45,354 nucleotides of DNA, taken from the NCBI GenBank assembly GCA_023248035.1, contig JAHFFJ010000003.1:13526-58879 (forward strand). The letters are read 5' to 3'. The stretch comes from Candidatus Micrarchaeota archaeon. Its GTDB lineage: Archaea; Micrarchaeota; Micrarchaeia; Anstonellales; Bilamarchaeaceae. The first letter of the stretch is position 1; the number at the start of each line of letters is the position of its first letter. The notes below the pieces were generated by a model. The model saw only the letters and a list, made by a program, of their open reading frames with translations. It ran no database searches and was not told the DNA's origin. A program made the translations under genes and the position numbers. This document shows, piece after piece, positions 41,678 through 45,354 of this stretch.

Positions 41678-43066
41678 TTGATAAACCAAATCCAATTCAT
41701 GTACTTTGGAACAAACGGTGTGCGTGGCAAATTCGATCAACTTACACCAGAACTTACGCTTAAGCTTGCGCAGGCAATAGGAATCTACCTCAAAAACTCG
41801 AAATCATCTTCAGATAAAGTAGGGGAAAAACCAAAAATAATTGTAGCGCGAGACTGTAGAATGACAGGTGAACTTTTACAGTCAATAGTAATGGGTGCTC
41901 TTGCCAGTGTTGGCTGTGATGTCTTGGATATTGGAATTGCCAGTTCCCCTACCGCGGAATTCATGATAAAGACTGGTGCAGCAGGCTGCATTATAGTGAG
42001 CGCATCGCATAACCCACCTGAATGGAATGCCCTTAAGGTAGTTGATGGTTTTGGAGTTGCTATTTCCCATGAGCGTGGGGGGAAAATAGAAAAACTGATG
42101 GAAAAAATCAGCCTTGCAAAGTGGGATGATATTGGAAAAATAACCAAATATGACCGGGCAACTTTGGAACATATAGAAGCGATAGGGAATGCCGTTAATC
42201 GCGAAGCGATAGCTGCGAAAAGGCCAAAAATAGTATTGGATTGCGGTAATGGAACAGCATGTGTGATCGCACCAAAGTTGTTCAAAGAACTTGGTTGTGA
42301 GATTCTGACGCTTAATTCGCATCCTGATGGCAAATTTCCCGGCCGAGCATCTGAACCAAGTGAGGGGAACGTGAAGGACCTGGTTGCACTGGTTCAGTCT
42401 AGTGGTGCGAATGCCGGAGTTGCATGGGATGGCGATGGGGATAGAGTAATTTTTGTTGATGAAAAAGGGGGCTATGTCATTGGGGATAAAGTTTTTGCAC
42501 TCTCGATAATTTGGAAATTCAACTCTGTCCTGGCAAGAGGAGACGTGGTTACAACAGTAGCGACTAGCAAAGCGGTTGAAGATGTTGCAAAATCATATGG
42601 TGGAAAAATACGCTACACCGCAATTGGCGCACCTTACCTTTGTGAAGAGATGATAAAGAAGCCAGCAGCAATTGGTGGGGAGGAAGTTGGTGGAGTGATT
42701 TTTCCTGAATTCTCACTTGCCAAAGATGGATTTTTAACTGCGGCAAAAATGGTGGAAGCTATTTGCCAAAAGCCATTGAGCAACTGGTTAGAACTTGTCC
42801 CAAAATACTATAATATCAAAACCAAAATAGATGCAAAGAACGAAAAAACAAAAAAGCAAATGATAGCTAGAGTTCTCAAATATGCAAAAAGCAAAAAACT
42901 AGATTATATCGATATCGATGGCGTAAGAATCAACATGAAAGAGTCTTGGGTGATTGTCCGCCCTTCGGGAACCGAACCATACGTGAGGATTTTTGCAGAA
43001 GCTAAAGGTGAAGAGGAAGCGAAAAGGCTCGTGAAGGAGTATGAAGGAGTAGCCAAACAAAAATAG
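41678..43066 (+). CDS. phosphohexomutase (phosphoglucosamine mutase or phosphomannomutase/phosphoglucomutase); likely true start at ATG 41699 (MYFGTNGVRG)
   Basis: FGTNGVRG, active-site SASHNPPEWNALK, metal-binding GVAWDGDGDR, and sugar-binding GGEEVGG. Confidence 0.85.
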   Translation: MINQIQFMYFGTNGVRGKFDQLTPELTLKLAQAIGIYLKNSKSSSDKVGEKPKIIVARDCRMTGELLQSIVMGALASVGCDVLDIGIASSPTAEFMIKTGAAGCIIVSASHNPPEWNALKVVDGFGVAISHERGGKIEKLMEKISLAKWDDIGKITKYDRATLEHIEAIGNAVNREAIAAKRPKIVLDCGNGTACVIAPKLFKELGCEILTLNSHPDGKFPGRASEPSEGNVKDLVALVQSSGANAGVAWDGDGDRVIFVDEKGGYVIGDKVFALSIIWKFNSVLARGDVVTTVATSKAVEDVAKSYGGKIRYTAIGAPYLCEEMIKKPAAIGGEEVGGVIFPEFSLAKDGFLTAAKMVEAICQKPLSNWLELVPKYYNIKTKIDAKNEKTKKQMIARVLKYAKSKKLDYIDIDGVRINMKESWVIVRPSGTEPYVRIFAEAKGEEEAKRLVKEYEGVAKQK

Positions 43067-43294
43067 GATAAACCAAATCCATGAATGAAGTTATGAAGAA
43101 ATATTCGACCTTGAAATTCGGGGATGCGATTCACGGATCGGTATCTTTATCATGGGGTGTTTTTACAATTTATTCGGATGGCCCAGATTTTGATTCTTTG
43201 AGTGAACTGAAGCGAATGTCGCTGAATTAGGAGATATGCAGTTGCACGATCTTCAGGATAAAAATATAAGCATTAAGCAAGTTCTAGAGAACCA

Positions 43295-45354
43295 ATGGAC
43301 AAAAGATTAATCGTGTTCGGCTTAGTAGTCATAGTATTAGTTCTTGGGGTATTCTTTTTTGTTTCTAAACCTAGCAGCGATAAAACGAATGCTGTAAACA
43401 CGAGCATAAACACCAAAAACGATAGCGATCTTGATGGAGTTTTAGATAGGGCTGATAATTGCCCGCAGAACAGCAACCAGGATCAAGCTGACAAAGATGG
43501 GGATGGAAAAGGAGACGCATGTGACAGTAATCTTTTTATAAGAAATTTTGCTTTTGATCCATTAACGGAGCAACCCGGAATAGCAAAGGAACTCATATCT
43601 GATAAAGAAAGCGGATATTACGTAGTTCAGTACGAAGAGGGAAAGGGTGGAAATCTGTTTAGCCTGCTTTCAGGCTCAATAATAGGTTACATTCCAGATA
43701 ACGGACTACTTGTCCATGGAGCATCCAAAAGCCAGTTCCAGACAATTGGGGGTGTTCGTTATGTTGATAGTTATCAACCTGCATACAAACTCGATCCGAT
43801 TCTTTATGATAAATTCGTAAATGGGGAATTAACTGATCCAAATGAAAAAATTTCGCTTCGGGTCGTCTTATTTAGCGAAAAGCAGGATAGTGGTTTTGTT
43901 GAGAGCATTGTCAAGCTCGGTGGGGAAATCAAAGAGGCATATGCGCCTGATGATTCTAAGTATGGTGAAGAATTTAATGTCACAGTTCCTCAAACAAAAG
44001 TGAAAGAAATCGCATTCATTGACGAAGTGAAAGAGATAACGATCAACACACCTGAAACTTATCGGATGGATGTTGCCTCGACCATAACCGGGGTAAGATC
44101 TCCGGGAACTGGACAGATACTTGACCTTAGCGGACAGGGACAGATGATAGGTATAACAGACACCGGACTGGATACTGGCAACCTGACCACTCTGAATAGC
44201 GATATACGCAACCGAGTGATAAACGTAACAGCAATCTGGAAGGACAGTAATGGCCATGGTACTCATGTAGTTGGAATAGCAGCAGGAAACGGGTCTTCTT
44301 CTGGAATAATTGGTATAACAGGCGTAGCACCAAAAGCAAGTGTAGTTTTTTCCTCAAGTACGGGGTCTATCATGCAAAGGCTGACACTCGTATATAATGC
44401 GAATGCAAAGGTGCAGAGCAACAGTTGGGGGTGGGATGATGGCCCAAACTATGACACACGGGAAGGAGATGTGGATAATTTCACTTACATGAATCAGGAT
44501 GCACTTGTGATATTTGCCTCGACAAACAGTGGTCCGCCACCAGGACTTGGACTTGGAACTCCGGACGTTTCGAAAAACGCACTTGTGATCGGGGCATCTG
44601 AAAATACAAATCCACCTGGATACAACGGTGGCTGCGGAACAGGGTGCGACAACATGAACGACTGGTCAGGATTCACCGGTATTGGACCAACTACTGATGG
44701 CAGAATTAAGCCGGATGCACTGGCACCAGGGGTTGACATTTCATCAATGCTCTCAAGCCAGGCTCCACTAAATTGGTGTGGTGCTAACAAAATAGACACG
44801 AGAAATCCAAAATACGTTTATTGCTCTGGAGCATCTATGTCTGCACCACACGTTGCGGGGATTGCAGCTTTGATAAGGGAGTATCTCCAAACCATGCGGG
44901 CAACAAACTCAAGCGGCATGCTGCTTAAGGCGTTCATATTAAACGGCGCAATTGACATGGATAATAGTCGGAATACCGGATCAGTACCAGACACAAAAGA
45001 GGGTTGGGGACGGGTGAACATAACAAATTCTATAGCTCCCGAAAATCACACAGCTAGAGTACAGTTTGTTGACAACATAACGCTCAGTAACGGTGATACT
45101 TATAAAATAGAGAATGTCAGATTCACATCAAACAAACCACTTACTATGACGCTAACATGGTACGATCCGCCAAATGTAGCTGGTGGTGGTGTAATAATAA
45201 ACGATCTTGATCTCGAGCTTTTGTCACCTTCTGGAAAGATTTACCGAGGCGGGACTCCAAGCTTTGTAAATGGAGAGACAAATAACGGAAAAGTTAAGGA
45301 CAACAAAAATAACGTCGAAAAAATCATAATAAAACATCCAGAGGATGGTCTTTA
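43295..45354 (+). CDS. membrane-anchored subtilisin-like (S8) serine protease with an N-terminal thrombospondin-type-3-like calcium-binding repeat; 3' end runs off the window
   Basis: This ORF is absent from the ORF track because it is open-ended. It starts MDKRLIVFGLVVIVLVLGVFFFV (TM anchor), followed by DSDLDGVLDRADNCPQNSNQDQADKDGDGKGDACD. The catalytic triad motifs are GITDTGLD, HGTHVVGIAAG and GASMSAPHVAG. Confidence 0.85.
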   Translation, partial: MDKRLIVFGLVVIVLVLGVFFFVSKPSSDKTNAVNTSINTKNDSDLDGVLDRADNCPQNSNQDQADKDGDGKGDACDSNLFIRNFAFDPLTEQPGIAKELISDKESGYYVVQYEEGKGGNLFSLLSGSIIGYIPDNGLLVHGASKSQFQTIGGVRYVDSYQPAYKLDPILYDKFVNGELTDPNEKISLRVVLFSEKQDSGFVESIVKLGGEIKEAYAPDDSKYGEEFNVTVPQTKVKEIAFIDEVKEITINTPETYRMDVASTITGVRSPGTGQILDLSGQGQMIGITDTGLDTGNLTTLNSDIRNRVINVTAIWKDSNGHGTHVVGIAAGNGSSSGIIGITGVAPKASVVFSSSTGSIMQRLTLVYNANAKVQSNSWGWDDGPNYDTREGDVDNFTYMNQDALVIFASTNSGPPPGLGLGTPDVSKNALVIGASENTNPPGYNGGCGTGCDNMNDWSGFTGIGPTTDGRIKPDALAPGVDISSMLSSQAPLNWCGANKIDTRNPKYVYCSGASMSAPHVAGIAALIREYLQTMRATNSSGMLLKAFILNGAIDMDNSRNTGSVPDTKEGWGRVNITNSIAPENHTARVQFVDNITLSNGDTYKIENVRFTSNKPLTMTLTWYDPPNVAGGGVIINDLDLELLSPSGKIYRGGTPSFVNGETNNGKVKDNKNNVEKIIIKHPEDGL

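Noticed and set aside
43081-43230. 49-aa ORF (MNEVMKKYSTLKFGDAIHGSVSLSWGVFTIYSDGPDFDSLSELKRMSLN) between the mutase and the protease
   Set aside because: It is too short, has no recognisable family, and has no SD. It is kept only as context for the 15-bp repeat finding.

Overview
AT-rich, very tightly packed archaeal chromosomal segment (many 0-4 nt gene junctions or overlaps). It looks like a small-genome, DPANN-like archaeon, but that lineage call is inference. Core genes: Bud32 kinase (5' truncated), SRP RNA, a tRNA-Glu with a very long intron, tmk, pyrB-pyrI, fibrillarin, and the conserved archaeal cluster S19e / PDCD5-like / L39e / L31e / aIF6 / LX / prefoldin alpha / FtsY. Further on come Trm56, an ABC-2 exporter pair, a phosphohexomutase and a membrane-anchored S8 protease (3' truncated). 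Between ftsY (ends 10409) and trm56 (starts 38787) lies a ~28-kb accessory island with two main parts. (i) A 15.4-kb plus-strand operon encodes orphan proteins of 1042, 93, 2728, 822 and 375 aa. The two largest have internal, not N-terminal, hydrophobic clusters and share a C-terminal motif. The 822-aa protein carries an SGNH/GDSL hydrolase domain, and the 375-aa protein carries RelA/SpoT-synthetase-like motifs. (ii) A convergent 8.4-kb minus-strand gene encodes a 2795-aa protein with a long Arg-Arg leader, about 9 copies of an unrecognised ~40-aa module, and a C-terminal ~300-aa beta-strand-rich domain ending in ...KVSF. That layout resembles a bacterial autotransporter and is unexpected in an archaeon. 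Five toxin-antitoxin-like pairs occur in the window, four of them bracketing or interrupting the giant-gene island. No CRISPR array, integrase, transposase or rRNA was seen. All functional calls rest on motif recognition by eye. No database search was run.
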